Positions 1 to 9,262 of a stretch of DNA of 55,574 nt are shown piece by piece (the first letter of the stretch is position 1; the number at the start of each line of letters is the position of its first letter). This DNA comes from a virus (lineage: Duplodnaviria > Caudoviricetes), in the IMG/VR virus record IMGVR_UViG_3300002053_000020, positions 1 to 55,574 of that record; one strand, 5' to 3'. Below the pieces are notes generated by a model. The model worked only from the letters and a program-made list of their open reading frames with translations. It was not told where the DNA came from and ran no database searches. Both the position numbers and the translations under genes were made by a program.

Positions 1-1
1 C

Positions 2-40
2 AATTATGTTCTGAACTTCTTCACTCTGAATGGCCCATAA
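2..40 (+). CDS. 3' end of a tail protein (NYVLNFFTLNGP*), probably the C-terminus of the gene starting at 54705
   Basis: Open frame from base 2 to TAA 38-40, followed by SD AGGAG for the next gene. The gene at the far end of the window runs off without a stop. Confidence 0.55.
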   Translation, partial: NYVLNFFTLNGP

Positions 41-51
41 GGAGATACCTA

Positions 52-495
52 ATGTTAACTGAGAACTTCAAGCTGAAAGGCGATGTCCTCATTGAAGTAT
101 TTGACCCCGTAACTGGAGAAGTCAAAGATAAGCGCGAGATCCATAACCTAGTTGTTGATACCGGATTGGCATATATTGCTAGTCGCATGGTTGGAACAGC
201 GTCAAGTGTTATGTCTCACATGGCTGTTGGCACTAACGGCACTAGCCCAGCAGCAGGTAATACAACCCTAGGCGCTGAGGTTGCGCGTCAATCATTGACA
301 TCAGGATCAGCAGCATCTAATGTTGTTACCTATGTTGCATCATTTGGCGCTGGCGTAGGCACTGGTGCTTTGCAAGAAGCTGGCATGTTCAACGCTGGTT
401 CTAGTGGCACAATGCTTTGCCGCACAACCTTTGCTGTTGTGAACAAGGGCGCGTCTGATGCTATGACCATTACTTGGACTGTAACCGCGGCTTAA
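52..495 (+). CDS. Tail/virion structural protein
   Basis: SD AAGGAG; G/A/S/T-rich beta-type protein ending VVNKGASDAMTITWTV; lies directly before the tail fibre. Confidence 0.7.
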   Translation: MLTENFKLKGDVLIEVFDPVTGEVKDKREIHNLVVDTGLAYIASRMVGTASSVMSHMAVGTNGTSPAAGNTTLGAEVARQSLTSGSAASNVVTYVASFGAGVGTGALQEAGMFNAGSSGTMLCRTTFAVVNKGASDAMTITWTVTAA

Positions 496-509
496 TAGGA
501 GCATAACGA

Positions 510-1784
510 ATGGCAATCAAATGGACTAATAATGCTAGTACTACACTAGCAAGTTCCATCTCAGCCTCAACTACGACTATCACGGTTGCCTCCAGCGGTG
601 GTGCTTTGTTCCCCACATTGGGAGCTGGCGATTACTTCTATGCAACTCTTGTTGATTCATCAAACAATCTTGAGATTGTAAAAGTTACCGCTCGTGTTGG
701 CGACGTGATGACTGTGGTTCGCGGTCAAGAAGGAACATCTGCTCACTCTTATGTTGGTGGCGACAAGTTTGAACTGCGCCCAACTGCGGCTGGTTTTGCT
801 TCTGCTGCGGCTGGCGAGAATATTGTTGCACTGCCAATATCGCAGGGCGGAACCGGCGCGGGAAATGCTGCAGATGCTAGAGCAAATCTTGATGTGGTGC
901 AAGATCCGGGTGCCAACGGCATTATGGTTCGCACCGCAGATGGGGCGTCAACTGCTCGTTCTATTGCCGCCGGTTCTGGAATCAGCGTTTCTAACGGAAG
1001 CGGTGTTTCTGCAGACCCTACAGTTACAAATACTGGTGTTCTTGCTCTAACAGCTGGATCAGGTATAAGTATAAGCGGCGGTCAGGATAATAAGACAATT
1101 ACAAATGCAGGGGTAAAAAGCTTTAATGGCGCTACTGGTGATGTTACATTTACAGCAGACCCTCCGGTAGTTCAAGTATTCACATCAAGCGGCACTTGGA
1201 CAAAGCAATCAGGGTTAAAAGCTGTTCTGGTGGAGGTTGTTGGTGGTGGCGGTGGTGGTGGAGCAAGGTATGTTTCTGGCAAAACTACTAACGTAGGCGG
1301 GAATGGTGGTGGCGGAGGTTACTCTCGCAAGGTAATCACTGCGGCATCCCTTGGCTCCACTGAAACAGTCACAGTTGGAGCTGGCGGTACTGCGCAAACA
1401 TCAGGCACGGCTACCACCAACGGAGGCGCTGGGGGCACATCTTCGTTTGGGTCTCATGTTACTGCTACTGGTGGAGCCGGCGGTGTTGCTGGTAAATCTT
1501 CTGGGTCTGGCTCAAGTGGCGCAGGAGGTACTGGTACGTCAACATTCTCTAATACTCCGCCGGAAGGAGTTAATTTTGATGGACAAGATGGTAATTATAG
1601 TGGCGGCGGGCCTGCTGGTGAGTCTGCACGTGCGTTCGGGCTAGGCGGCACAGCACAAGCGGCAACAGTTGCAAGTCACACTGGCGGATTGTATGGTGGC
1701 GGCGGATATAGCAGTTCTAGCGCAACTGCTCAAAATGCTGGCCCGGGTGCTGCTGGAATTGTAATTGTTACAAACTTTTTCTAA
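510..1784 (+). CDS. Tail fibre protein with C-terminal glycine-rich domain
   Basis: N-terminal NNASTTL...EIVKVTAR...VVRGQEGT anchor domain; LPISQGGTGA motif; VKSFNGATGDV repeat; VFTSSGTW-GGGGGGG glycine-rich C-terminus. Confidence 0.85.
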   Translation: MAIKWTNNASTTLASSISASTTTITVASSGGALFPTLGAGDYFYATLVDSSNNLEIVKVTARVGDVMTVVRGQEGTSAHSYVGGDKFELRPTAAGFASAAAGENIVALPISQGGTGAGNAADARANLDVVQDPGANGIMVRTADGASTARSIAAGSGISVSNGSGVSADPTVTNTGVLALTAGSGISISGGQDNKTITNAGVKSFNGATGDVTFTADPPVVQVFTSSGTWTKQSGLKAVLVEVVGGGGGGGARYVSGKTTNVGGNGGGGGYSRKVITAASLGSTETVTVGAGGTAQTSGTATTNGGAGGTSSFGSHVTATGGAGGVAGKSSGSGSSGAGGTGTSTFSNTPPEGVNFDGQDGNYSGGGPAGESARAFGLGGTAQAATVASHTGGLYGGGGYSSSSATAQNAGPGAAGIVIVTNFF

Positions 1785-1793
1785 GGCAAAATT

Positions 1794-2009
1794 ATGAAAG
1801 CTTTAATTTCACCATCGGAGAAGTCTAGCAACGGTCAGCGCATAGCTTATGTCGGTGAAGAGTTCCCTGTTACTGATCCTATGTTCTGGGTTGATTGTCC
1901 TGATTCAGTTGTGGCTGATTCTTGGTATTACCATGATGGCATGTTTGTTAATAAGTTTGCTGATCAAGAACAAGAAGAAGCAAAAGATCAAGAAATAGAG
2001 GTGATCTAA
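1794..2009 (+). CDS. Small tail-fibre-associated protein (assembly chaperone-like)
   Basis: Directly after the fibre gene; F-P-V...WVDCPD...WYY pattern typical of small proteins in this position. Confidence 0.6.
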   Translation: MKALISPSEKSSNGQRIAYVGEEFPVTDPMFWVDCPDSVVADSWYYHDGMFVNKFADQEQEEAKDQEIEVI

Positions 2010-2521
2010 TGGAAATGAAAAGTTACCCATGCCACGGGTGGATCATCGACCGAACCAAGGTTGAAAAGGGCGAAAGCATCAATGACAAAGTAATGTCAAG
2101 CAATTACTTTACTATTGATGCAAACGGAGACGTGGCAGGTGTCGGCAAATATCTTTGGTTCATTCAATCTGGCAAGCATAAGCATGAAAACTTGGATACC
2201 GGATCTATAACAAATTGTGTCCGAGGTTGGAACACATTGGATACTCCGCATAATGCAGGAGAGTATCGGATGATTCCAATGGAAGACACTGTTGTTTGGT
2301 GTTTCAATGAAGTATCCAATGAACAAGGGCTTCCAAACTGCTCTTTTATCAATGCTCCAGTTGGCAGTCAAGTTTCCTTTGGCGCTGGCGATAAGCTATT
2401 TATAATGGACGGGCGGTTATCAACAGGCACCAAAGATATCTCCGGCCCTCGGCAAGTTGTCTTGCAAAACGCAACAGTCCTAACCGCAATAGAAGATTCG
2501 TTAATTCTTAAAGTGGCATAA
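2009..2521 (+). CDS. Hypothetical protein, possibly cupin-like beta fold
   Basis: TAATG coupling to the upstream gene; beta-rich sequence; no clear metal motif. Confidence 0.55.
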   Translation: MEMKSYPCHGWIIDRTKVEKGESINDKVMSSNYFTIDANGDVAGVGKYLWFIQSGKHKHENLDTGSITNCVRGWNTLDTPHNAGEYRMIPMEDTVVWCFNEVSNEQGLPNCSFINAPVGSQVSFGAGDKLFIMDGRLSTGTKDISGPRQVVLQNATVLTAIEDSLILKVA

Positions 2522-2523
2522 CA

Positions 2524-3069
2524 GTGGAATGCAAAGGTTACTTCCGTAAACTAGACATCAAGTTCGATACAGATGGGTACACCCTCGACTGTGCTGGGCT
2601 TGATGTCATTCATGTATACGACAAGACTACAAAGTATGCTCAACGCGCCATGCGTCAATACAAAGACTATGGCGATGTTCCTGTTACGACTTATAGGCCG
2701 TTACAAGAAGATGAAAGCAGATTGCTCCAGTACTTGCCAAAGGATTTGCTTGACATAGAGGTTCCTGAGTTGTGGGCTATGAACATAACCCCTGTCGATG
2801 ACAAGAGTTATCTTCCGGCTCACAAGGATGGCACCAGACTATGCTCGATAAATTTTTACTTCGATACGCATGGTGAAGTAACTTCCTACTACCGCACGAA
2901 TGCTAACATACTTGAAAGGGTGGGGTCGTTCTGCGCTAACCACGGCGAAGCTTGGTTATTGAATAGTGATGAGATCCATGATGTCAAGTTAAGCAATCCG
3001 CACATCCGAAAGTCTCTTGGCTTCTCATTTAAAAACACTCCATACGAAGTTGTGTCGAGGTACTTATGA
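2524..3069 (+). CDS. Putative 2OG-Fe(II) oxygenase / DSBH protein
   Basis: PAHKD...SINFY...WLLNSDEIHDV gives an HxD...H facial triad, with a downstream R in RKSLGFSF. Confidence 0.65.
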   Translation: MECKGYFRKLDIKFDTDGYTLDCAGLDVIHVYDKTTKYAQRAMRQYKDYGDVPVTTYRPLQEDESRLLQYLPKDLLDIEVPELWAMNITPVDDKSYLPAHKDGTRLCSINFYFDTHGEVTSYYRTNANILERVGSFCANHGEAWLLNSDEIHDVKLSNPHIRKSLGFSFKNTPYEVVSRYL

Positions 3070-3620
3070 AAGAGGCTTGCAAATTAGATATTAACTTGGA
3101 CATTAGTTGCTTGGATGGTATCGCACTGCCACTGTTCCGCAGAATAACTAGGCACCAGAAGTACTCTAAGCAGCAAGCCGATAAGTACGACCTGCTACCT
3201 GTTGACGTAATGTTAATGCCGGGGAGCAGGGCCAGAGATTATGTGCTTGCACAGCTTCCAAAAAGTGTGTTACAACATGAGGTGCCAGAGCTTTCTATTC
3301 TTGAGGTAGCAGCGCCCAAAGACAGGGATTCCGTATTGGCGATCCATGTTGATCTTGCAAGAGTTGCGGCAATCAACTATTACATAGACGGGGCCGACGA
3401 TGAGGTTACATCATTCTTTGATTGGGATGATGATAAAAAGATAGCAACAGAGAAAAGCAACTTCACGGCTAAGACGGGTGAGACTTGGATACTAAATGTT
3501 TCTGAGCCGCACTCAGTAAGAATGAAGGCTGGGCATACTCGTAGGGTATTGACAATGAGCTTTACCCACACCGACTATGAGACCCTGCGGAGGATCTGTG
3601 CATCTAAGATTTGTAAATGA
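3066..3620 (+). CDS. Putative 2OG-Fe(II) oxygenase / DSBH protein, paralog of 2524-3069
   Basis: IHVD...AINYY...WILNVSEPHSV...RRVLTMSF; motif spacing matches the upstream gene; ATGA overlap. Confidence 0.65.
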   Translation: MKEACKLDINLDISCLDGIALPLFRRITRHQKYSKQQADKYDLLPVDVMLMPGSRARDYVLAQLPKSVLQHEVPELSILEVAAPKDRDSVLAIHVDLARVAAINYYIDGADDEVTSFFDWDDDKKIATEKSNFTAKTGETWILNVSEPHSVRMKAGHTRRVLTMSFTHTDYETLRRICASKICK

Positions 3621-4317
3621 ACAAGAAAATGTAGCGCAACTATTCCCTATGGAGATGGCTAAAAACATCTCTTATGGGTGGATGGATAGGATGCGCCAAG
3701 ATTACGCAAGTAAAGCCAAGAGCCAAGATTACAAATTACAAAGGAACAGCCATGTAGCTAGGTGCCCCGGAATATTTGGGTTGCTTAGGCACGGCTGGGT
3801 GATGAGAACTTGGAGTGATATTGTTATTTCAACAATAGGAGATGGTGTTTCTTTTGAATGGAGAACTCCGCAATCATTATCCCCTCCGGCTATTGAGTTC
3901 GTTGAAGAAGATCATTTTGTTAGGTTTCATGAGCATTGGCCTAAGGATTCCCTGAAGCATGCGCTGAAGTACAACAGTGGTTGGAGAGTAGAAGTGCCCA
4001 AGGGGTTCTACTTATTGGAGATGCCGATCCCATATCAAGATGATTCGCGCTTCGATGTGTTGCCCGGAGTGTTTCACCGAGATTATGGATGGGCCTCTAT
4101 GAACCCGTTCTTCCGATGGAATGTTAAAGATGGGTCTGAATTGATTCCTGCTGGCACGCCTATCGCACAATACATACTGGTTCCCAAAGAGGAGCATAGT
4201 TTTTCTTGTGAGACATACGATCCTAAGGTTCATGATAAAACGCAGTGGGTTGATTGGCTAAAGAAAAACAAATTCGTGAATGACATAGGGATGCTGAAGA
4301 AAATCTTCGGAGACTAA
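3577..4317 (+). CDS. DUF6065-like / dUTPase-like beta-fold protein (start uncertain)
   Basis: RCPG...GW motif and the PGV...D...N F...IPAGTPIAQ pattern. Confidence 0.55.
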   Translation: MRPCGGSVHLRFVNEQENVAQLFPMEMAKNISYGWMDRMRQDYASKAKSQDYKLQRNSHVARCPGIFGLLRHGWVMRTWSDIVISTIGDGVSFEWRTPQSLSPPAIEFVEEDHFVRFHEHWPKDSLKHALKYNSGWRVEVPKGFYLLEMPIPYQDDSRFDVLPGVFHRDYGWASMNPFFRWNVKDGSELIPAGTPIAQYILVPKEEHSFSCETYDPKVHDKTQWVDWLKKNKFVNDIGMLKKIFGD

Positions 4318-4340
4318 CAATGTCAAGCAAAACTTTACAG

Positions 4341-4372
4341 ACCGCATCGGCAATCGCCCTTGCGGTTTTTTT
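4341..4372 (+). terminator. Rho-independent terminator
   Basis: ACCGCA...TGCGGT stem followed by a T run, between the fibre/oxygenase cassette and the lysis genes. Confidence 0.7.
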
Positions 4373-4424
4373 ATCTCTTGCAAGTTTTTATGGTGTGCTC
4401 TGGTTGTTCTTAAGCGGGAAATAG

Positions 4425-4709
4425 ATGAAGAAACTTTTTGGCGATGATTGGATGCGCACACAGTGGCGACCTATGATGGCGATTGTCTATATGATAATCA
4501 ACCTGTGTGACTTCATTATCTTCCCTATTTTCTGGACATGGATGCAAATGAAGGATGCTGACGGCATGATAGCCCAACAGTGGGTGCCTATGACCCTTGG
4601 TAGTGGGGGTTTCTTTCACATGGCTTTCGGAGCAATCCTTGGAGTAGCCGCTTGGACTAGAGGGCAAGAAAAGGTTGAGGAGGCCAAGAAGAATGTTAAA
4701 ACTAATTGA
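4425..4709 (+). CDS. Holin (GTA 3TM holin-like)
   Basis: WRPMM...GGFFHMAFGAILGVAAWTRGQEK; hydrophobic helices; first gene of the lysis cassette. Confidence 0.75.
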   Translation: MKKLFGDDWMRTQWRPMMAIVYMIINLCDFIIFPIFWTWMQMKDADGMIAQQWVPMTLGSGGFFHMAFGAILGVAAWTRGQEKVEEAKKNVKTN

Positions 4710-5211
4710 GGGATACGCATGGGTGATCAAGATAATTCTTCTGGGTGCCCTGTTTGCCGGGGGCTGGTGGTTAGGGGATACTCTGAAGCAGGGCGAGTGG
4801 GATGCGGTTCGTGCCACCCAAGCAGAGGAGGCGGCAAAGCAGATCAAGGCGGCAAGGGATCGTGCAGATGCGGCGGAAATTGCTCTTGCCAAAAAGCTAA
4901 ACAAAGCATCGGCTCAGTACCAAAAGAAACTACAGGAGAAGAATCGTGAAAAGGATGATGCTATTGCTCGCGCTAAGTCTGACGGGCTGTGGGTCAATGC
5001 AACCTGTGACGGTGGTGGACAAGTGCCCGACTCTCCCTCCTCCTCCGGCGGACATAATGGTGAAACGAGAGCCCGACTTTCTGAAGGAACTGGAGCGGAT
5101 CTTATCGCCCTCGCCCACAGAGCAAACGAAGTAGTCGAACAGTTAACTGCCTGTCAAAAAGTTCTCAAAGACCAAGAAAGATTAGTAAATGACCAACAGC
5201 CGAAGGATTGA
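4693..5211 (+). CDS. Rz: Rz-like inner-membrane spanin
   Basis: N-terminal TM segment, coiled coil, and C-terminal ARLSE...A RA...L ACQ signature; contains an embedded lipoprotein ORF. Confidence 0.8.
   Translation: MLKLIEGYAWVIKIILLGALFAGGWWLGDTLKQGEWDAVRATQAEEAAKQIKAARDRADAAEIALAKKLNKASAQYQKKLQEKNREKDDAIARAKSDGLWVNATCDGGGQVPDSPSSSGGHNGETRARLSEGTGADLIALAHRANEVVEQLTACQKVLKDQERLVNDQQPKD
4946..5134 (+). CDS. Rz1: Rz1-like outer-membrane lipoprotein spanin, embedded in Rz in an alternative frame
   Basis: Signal peptide with lipobox LTG-C, Pro-rich mature part (CPTLPPPPA), fully nested in Rz. Confidence 0.8.
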   Translation: MKRMMLLLALSLTGCGSMQPVTVVDKCPTLPPPPADIMVKREPDFLKELERILSPSPTEQTK

Positions 5212-5608
5212 TGACCTGTTGCCAGCAGTGCAAGATAAGGTTCGTAAGTTCTTAGAACTATGTCATGAGAATGATATAGACATCTTGATAACTTCTACGT
5301 ACCGGGACGCAGAAAGCCAGAACGCACTATACGCACAAGGCAGAACGCAACCCGGCAAGATTGTAACTAATGCAAAAGCCGGAGAAAGTTGGCATAATCA
5401 CAGGTGCGCCGTTGATATAGTACCGATAATTAACGGCAAGCCGTGCTGGGATGTGAAGAATCCTATATGGAAAGAAGTTGGTAGGCTGGGTAAAGAGGCC
5501 GGGTTGGAGTGGGCAGGAGATTGGAAGCGGTTCAAAGAATTCCCGCACTTTCAATACACAGGTGGTAAGACACTAGCTCAACTCCGCAATGGGGAAAGGA
5601 TTGCGTAA
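5189..5608 (+). CDS. Endolysin, M15-family (L-Ala-D-Glu type) peptidase
   Basis: TYR..ESQNALYAQGRT, SWHN...AVD and WAGDW...PHFQ zinc-peptidase motifs. Confidence 0.9.
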   Translation: MTNSRRIDDLLPAVQDKVRKFLELCHENDIDILITSTYRDAESQNALYAQGRTQPGKIVTNAKAGESWHNHRCAVDIVPIINGKPCWDVKNPIWKEVGRLGKEAGLEWAGDWKRFKEFPHFQYTGGKTLAQLRNGERIA

Positions 5609-5853
5609 TGGACATCGAGGTTCACCGCGACTTAGGTCGTCATGAGGCGGAGATCGAGGCCCTTCAGCGAGAGCTGATCGCAGTCCATGCAGAACTCCGT
5701 GAAGTAAAAGAATGTCTACAGTCGATTAGAGAAACTCTCTCTGAAGCAAAAGGCGGCTGGAAGACATTGATGTGGTTGTCAGGCGTATCGGCAACTGCTG
5801 GCGCTCTAATATTTAAACTGCTGAGCATGGCAATGACTATGTTCCCAAAATAA
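5608..5853 (+). CDS. Small coiled-coil protein with C-terminal TM segment (holin/antiholin-like)
   Basis: Coiled coil followed by KGGWK and a hydrophobic helix; coupled to the endolysin. Confidence 0.55.
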   Translation: MDIEVHRDLGRHEAEIEALQRELIAVHAELREVKECLQSIRETLSEAKGGWKTLMWLSGVSATAGALIFKLLSMAMTMFPK

Positions 5854-5862
5854 GGGTGCTGT

Positions 5863-6798
5863 ATGAAGGTATCTGAACAAGAGTTTATTGATAGCTGGAA
5901 TAGAAACGGATCTGCCGCAAAGGTTGCTGAAGAGACGGGGCTAGGACTACGCGCTGTGTATCGCAGACGTAAGAGAATAGAGGCGAAGCATGACACAATT
6001 CTTAAATCCGATCACCCGAGTTCCCCTACGTTCACGTTTAGAGAGCATTCGCCACGCGTTGATTGTGAATTATGGAACGGCACAATACTTGTTGCATCAG
6101 ACGCCCATTACTGGCCCGGCGTTGTCAGTCCTGCACATGAGGCTTTTGTATCATTAACAGAAGAACTACGACCACAGATGATCGTCATGAATGGCGACCT
6201 GTTCGATGGTTCATCAATAAGCAGATTCCCCAAGACTGGATGGGGCTCGACACCAAACGTGAAGCAAGAGCTTGATGCCGTTCAAGAGCGTCTGGCAGAA
6301 ATCAAAGAGGCATCTCCTAGAGGGTGCGCTCTGCGGTGGACGCTTGGCAATCACGACATGCGTTTCGAATCTAGGCTTGCACAGAATGTCCCAGAGTTCG
6401 AGGGAGTTGGCGGGTTCACACTCAAGGATCACTTCCCTGATTGGAACATGTCGATGAGTCTGCTTGTCAATGAAGAAATAATGATCAAGCATCGTTTCCG
6501 TAACGGAGTCCATGCAACATGGAACAACACTCTGTACGGCGGCTTGACAATGGTTACTGGTCATCTACACAGGCTACAAGCCACATTGCTAACTGATTAC
6601 CGCGGTACTCGGTGGGGCGTGGACACTGGCACCCTAGCTGAAATAGATGGCGATCACATGCACTACGGCGAAGACAACCCAACGAATCACTGTTCTGGGT
6701 TTGCTGTGCTGACAATCATAGACGGACAATTAACATATCCAGAGTTCTGCTCTGTCCACGACGGTAAAGCGTACTTCCGTGGGGAGCGAATTGTGTAA
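5863..6798 (+). CDS. Calcineurin-like metallophosphoesterase with N-terminal HTH
   Basis: SDAH, NGDLFD, GNHD and GHLH motifs; N-terminal SAAKVAEETGLGLRAVYRR HTH. Confidence 0.85.
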   Translation: MKVSEQEFIDSWNRNGSAAKVAEETGLGLRAVYRRRKRIEAKHDTILKSDHPSSPTFTFREHSPRVDCELWNGTILVASDAHYWPGVVSPAHEAFVSLTEELRPQMIVMNGDLFDGSSISRFPKTGWGSTPNVKQELDAVQERLAEIKEASPRGCALRWTLGNHDMRFESRLAQNVPEFEGVGGFTLKDHFPDWNMSMSLLVNEEIMIKHRFRNGVHATWNNTLYGGLTMVTGHLHRLQATLLTDYRGTRWGVDTGTLAEIDGDHMHYGEDNPTNHCSGFAVLTIIDGQLTYPEFCSVHDGKAYFRGERIV

Positions 6799-6807
6799 GG
6801 GGGAAAA

Positions 6808-8646
6808 ATGGCAGGTCTGAAGCTAATGACGCAGGGCGGTTATGTACCACGGGTGGCCGCCCACTTGCTTCAAGACAATGAGGCTCAACGCGCCATCAAT
6901 ACAAAACTGTATGCCGGAGATCTCAGGGGTTGGTACAAGTCAGCCCCCGCGACTCCGGCTTTTCAATGTATTGAATTTGGCGAAACCCTCTACAAGATAA
7001 AAGATCCTGATCAAGATAATCGCTGGCTAGTCTGGGATTCCGTTGTGACGGTTGCCCTGAACCCGGTTATCGACGACACGAATCCTTCCTCGATCTACTA
7101 CACAGAAAACGCAGAGTTGAAAAAAACCAATTCAGATCTTGCGGGATCTGACAGTGGCAACCCTCCTGATGATTGGTTGTATGGGAAAGTTCCAGAACCG
7201 ACCTCAGCTCTTACTGCAACTAAGGTAGGTAGCGGCAGTGGGTCTTCTGAGGATAGAATCTACGTCTACACTTTCATTCAAGAGTTTGGCGGCATTGAAG
7301 AAGAGAGTGCGCCTTCTGTTGCTTCGAATGTAGTAACTGTTAAGGCAACTGGCGAAACTGTTAACCTTACTAACTTTCAAAATGCAACAGGTCTTTCTCA
7401 CCAGAACGTAACAAAGATTCGCATCTACCGATCTGTTTCTTCTGCTGGTGTAACGCCGACATTTTTGTTTGTTGATGAGATCCCTGCAAGTAACGCAGCA
7501 ACTCCGGGCTATACCTACAACGACAACAAGACAGCAACTCAGCTTGGCGAACAGCTTCAAACTGTAGAGCGAATTCCTCCCGGGCCGTTGACTGGTATTG
7601 TTGGTCATCCATCTGGGTTCTTGGCTGGATTCCACTTGCGAGAGGTATTGTTCTCTGAGATTGGATACCCGCAAGCTTGGCCTATTGCTTATCGCTACAC
7701 TGTAGATGCTGACATCGTTGCTATTGCAGTGTACGGTCAAAGCGTTGTTGTTCTGACGAAAGGATATCCGGTCGTATTCTCTGGCTCAGATCCAGCGGCT
7801 ATGACTCCAGAGAAGTTGACTGAGCTTGAGCCTTGCATCTCTGCTCGATCGGTAGCGTCTGATGCAAACGGCGTGATGTACGCAAGCCCTAACGGGATCT
7901 GTCTTGTCGGCCCCGCCGGAACTGGCTTGGCAACTGGCAACATCATGCTGCGCGACAACTTCGAGAAGTTCAACCCGGCTACGATTCGAGGCGCTGTTTA
8001 TAGTGGCAAGTACTTCGGCTTCTATCAACAGGGAACCGAGTATCTGACCAGCGGCGGATTGATTCTTGACCGGACGATGCAAAGCTCTCCGTTCTCGATG
8101 ACTAACATCAAAGCAAGAGCAACATTTGTAGACCCAGAAACAGCTGATCTTTACTACCTCTGGGATACAACGGTCTACAAGTGGGAGGGCGATAAGCTAA
8201 ACAACTGGCCTTTCGAGTGGTTGTCTAAGAAGTTCATCTTCTCTGACCCTGTTAACTTGGGTGCCATAGAGCTTGATGCCGACTTCTTGAGCGCCGAGGC
8301 AGAAGCCCAATGGGAAGCTTACGTTCAGTCTATTAAGGATGCTAACCAGATTCTTTTTGATACTGGCGATCCACTAGAGGGCGACCTTAACGACACACCA
8401 CTGAACCACTTTGCTCTTGGTGGCTCTATCCTTCAACCAATCCCGGAAGCACTTGATGATCGCTTCATCCAGTTTACTTTGTATGTCGATGGCGTAGAAA
8501 AGTACAACACTGTGTATGTTGAGAGTGGTACTTATCGGTTGCCATCTGGTTACAAAGGGCAGATCTTTGAGATCAAGCTAGCTGGTAATGTTGAGTTCCG
8601 CTATATCAAGATGGCCGAGACCATGAAGGAGCTTAAGTCACTATGA
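6808..8646 (+). CDS. Tail nozzle / tail tubular protein B (P22 gp10-like stabilisation protein)
   Basis: 612 aa beta-propeller-like sequence (FSE...PQAWP, CISARS, YASPNG); position ahead of the GNAT and ejection genes. Confidence 0.7.
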   Translation: MAGLKLMTQGGYVPRVAAHLLQDNEAQRAINTKLYAGDLRGWYKSAPATPAFQCIEFGETLYKIKDPDQDNRWLVWDSVVTVALNPVIDDTNPSSIYYTENAELKKTNSDLAGSDSGNPPDDWLYGKVPEPTSALTATKVGSGSGSSEDRIYVYTFIQEFGGIEEESAPSVASNVVTVKATGETVNLTNFQNATGLSHQNVTKIRIYRSVSSAGVTPTFLFVDEIPASNAATPGYTYNDNKTATQLGEQLQTVERIPPGPLTGIVGHPSGFLAGFHLREVLFSEIGYPQAWPIAYRYTVDADIVAIAVYGQSVVVLTKGYPVVFSGSDPAAMTPEKLTELEPCISARSVASDANGVMYASPNGICLVGPAGTGLATGNIMLRDNFEKFNPATIRGAVYSGKYFGFYQQGTEYLTSGGLILDRTMQSSPFSMTNIKARATFVDPETADLYYLWDTTVYKWEGDKLNNWPFEWLSKKFIFSDPVNLGAIELDADFLSAEAEAQWEAYVQSIKDANQILFDTGDPLEGDLNDTPLNHFALGGSILQPIPEALDDRFIQFTLYVDGVEKYNTVYVESGTYRLPSGYKGQIFEIKLAGNVEFRYIKMAETMKELKSL

Positions 8647-8843
8647 CCAGAATAAGGAAACCAGCAATCCCAGCGGTTGTTGTTCCTGATAGGCGGCTAT
8701 CAACCCTCCTGAATCCCATGAAGCAAAATATTGAAATTTTGACAGGGGTTCGTGGAGGGGAGATCAAGTACCTAGAAGAGACAGCAACAGTGGATGAGGC
8801 AGTCGCAAAGATCAACGAGATCATTGACCGACTTAACCAATAA
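8643..8843 (+). CDS. Small virion-associated protein
   Basis: ATGA-coupled; KPAIP...ILTGVRG...KINEII pattern. Confidence 0.6.
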   Translation: MTRIRKPAIPAVVVPDRRLSTLLNPMKQNIEILTGVRGGEIKYLEETATVDEAVAKINEIIDRLNQ

Positions 8844-8846
8844 TTT

Positions 8847-9260
8847 ATGGAACGACTAATCAACGATCCAGACCGTGTGTGGCACTTCCTGAAAGATCTC
8901 GGAGTCCCGGTGATGTATACCGCCGGGATGCAAGGGATCGCTCGGGAAGTGGACGGTGGTCTGATGGGTGCGGTGTTGTATGATGGTTACACAAATAACA
9001 ACATTTTTATGCACTGTGCAGGTAGAGGGAAACGGTGGGTAAGCAAAAGCCTGTTGAAGGCAGCTTTCGCATACCCATTCCAGCAGATGAATTGCAAGAG
9101 GATCACAGCTTGGGTAGATGAATCCAATGTGGACTCTCGTCGCTTTGTAGAAAACGTCGGCTTCGAGGTTGAGGCTACGCTCAAGGGCGCGGCTCACGAT
9201 GGCGGTGATGTCATCCTGTACGTTTTGTGGAAAGAAAATTGTCGATTTATAAAGGACTGA
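8847..9260 (+). CDS. GNAT acetyltransferase-like protein (T7 gp13 / DUF2824-like)
   Basis: AFAYPF...RITAWV..SN..SRRFVENVGFEVE RimJ/RimL-type motif; podovirus position before the ejection proteins. Confidence 0.8.
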   Translation: MERLINDPDRVWHFLKDLGVPVMYTAGMQGIAREVDGGLMGAVLYDGYTNNNIFMHCAGRGKRWVSKSLLKAAFAYPFQQMNCKRITAWVDESNVDSRRFVENVGFEVEATLKGAAHDGGDVILYVLWKENCRFIKD

Positions 9261-9262
9261 GA

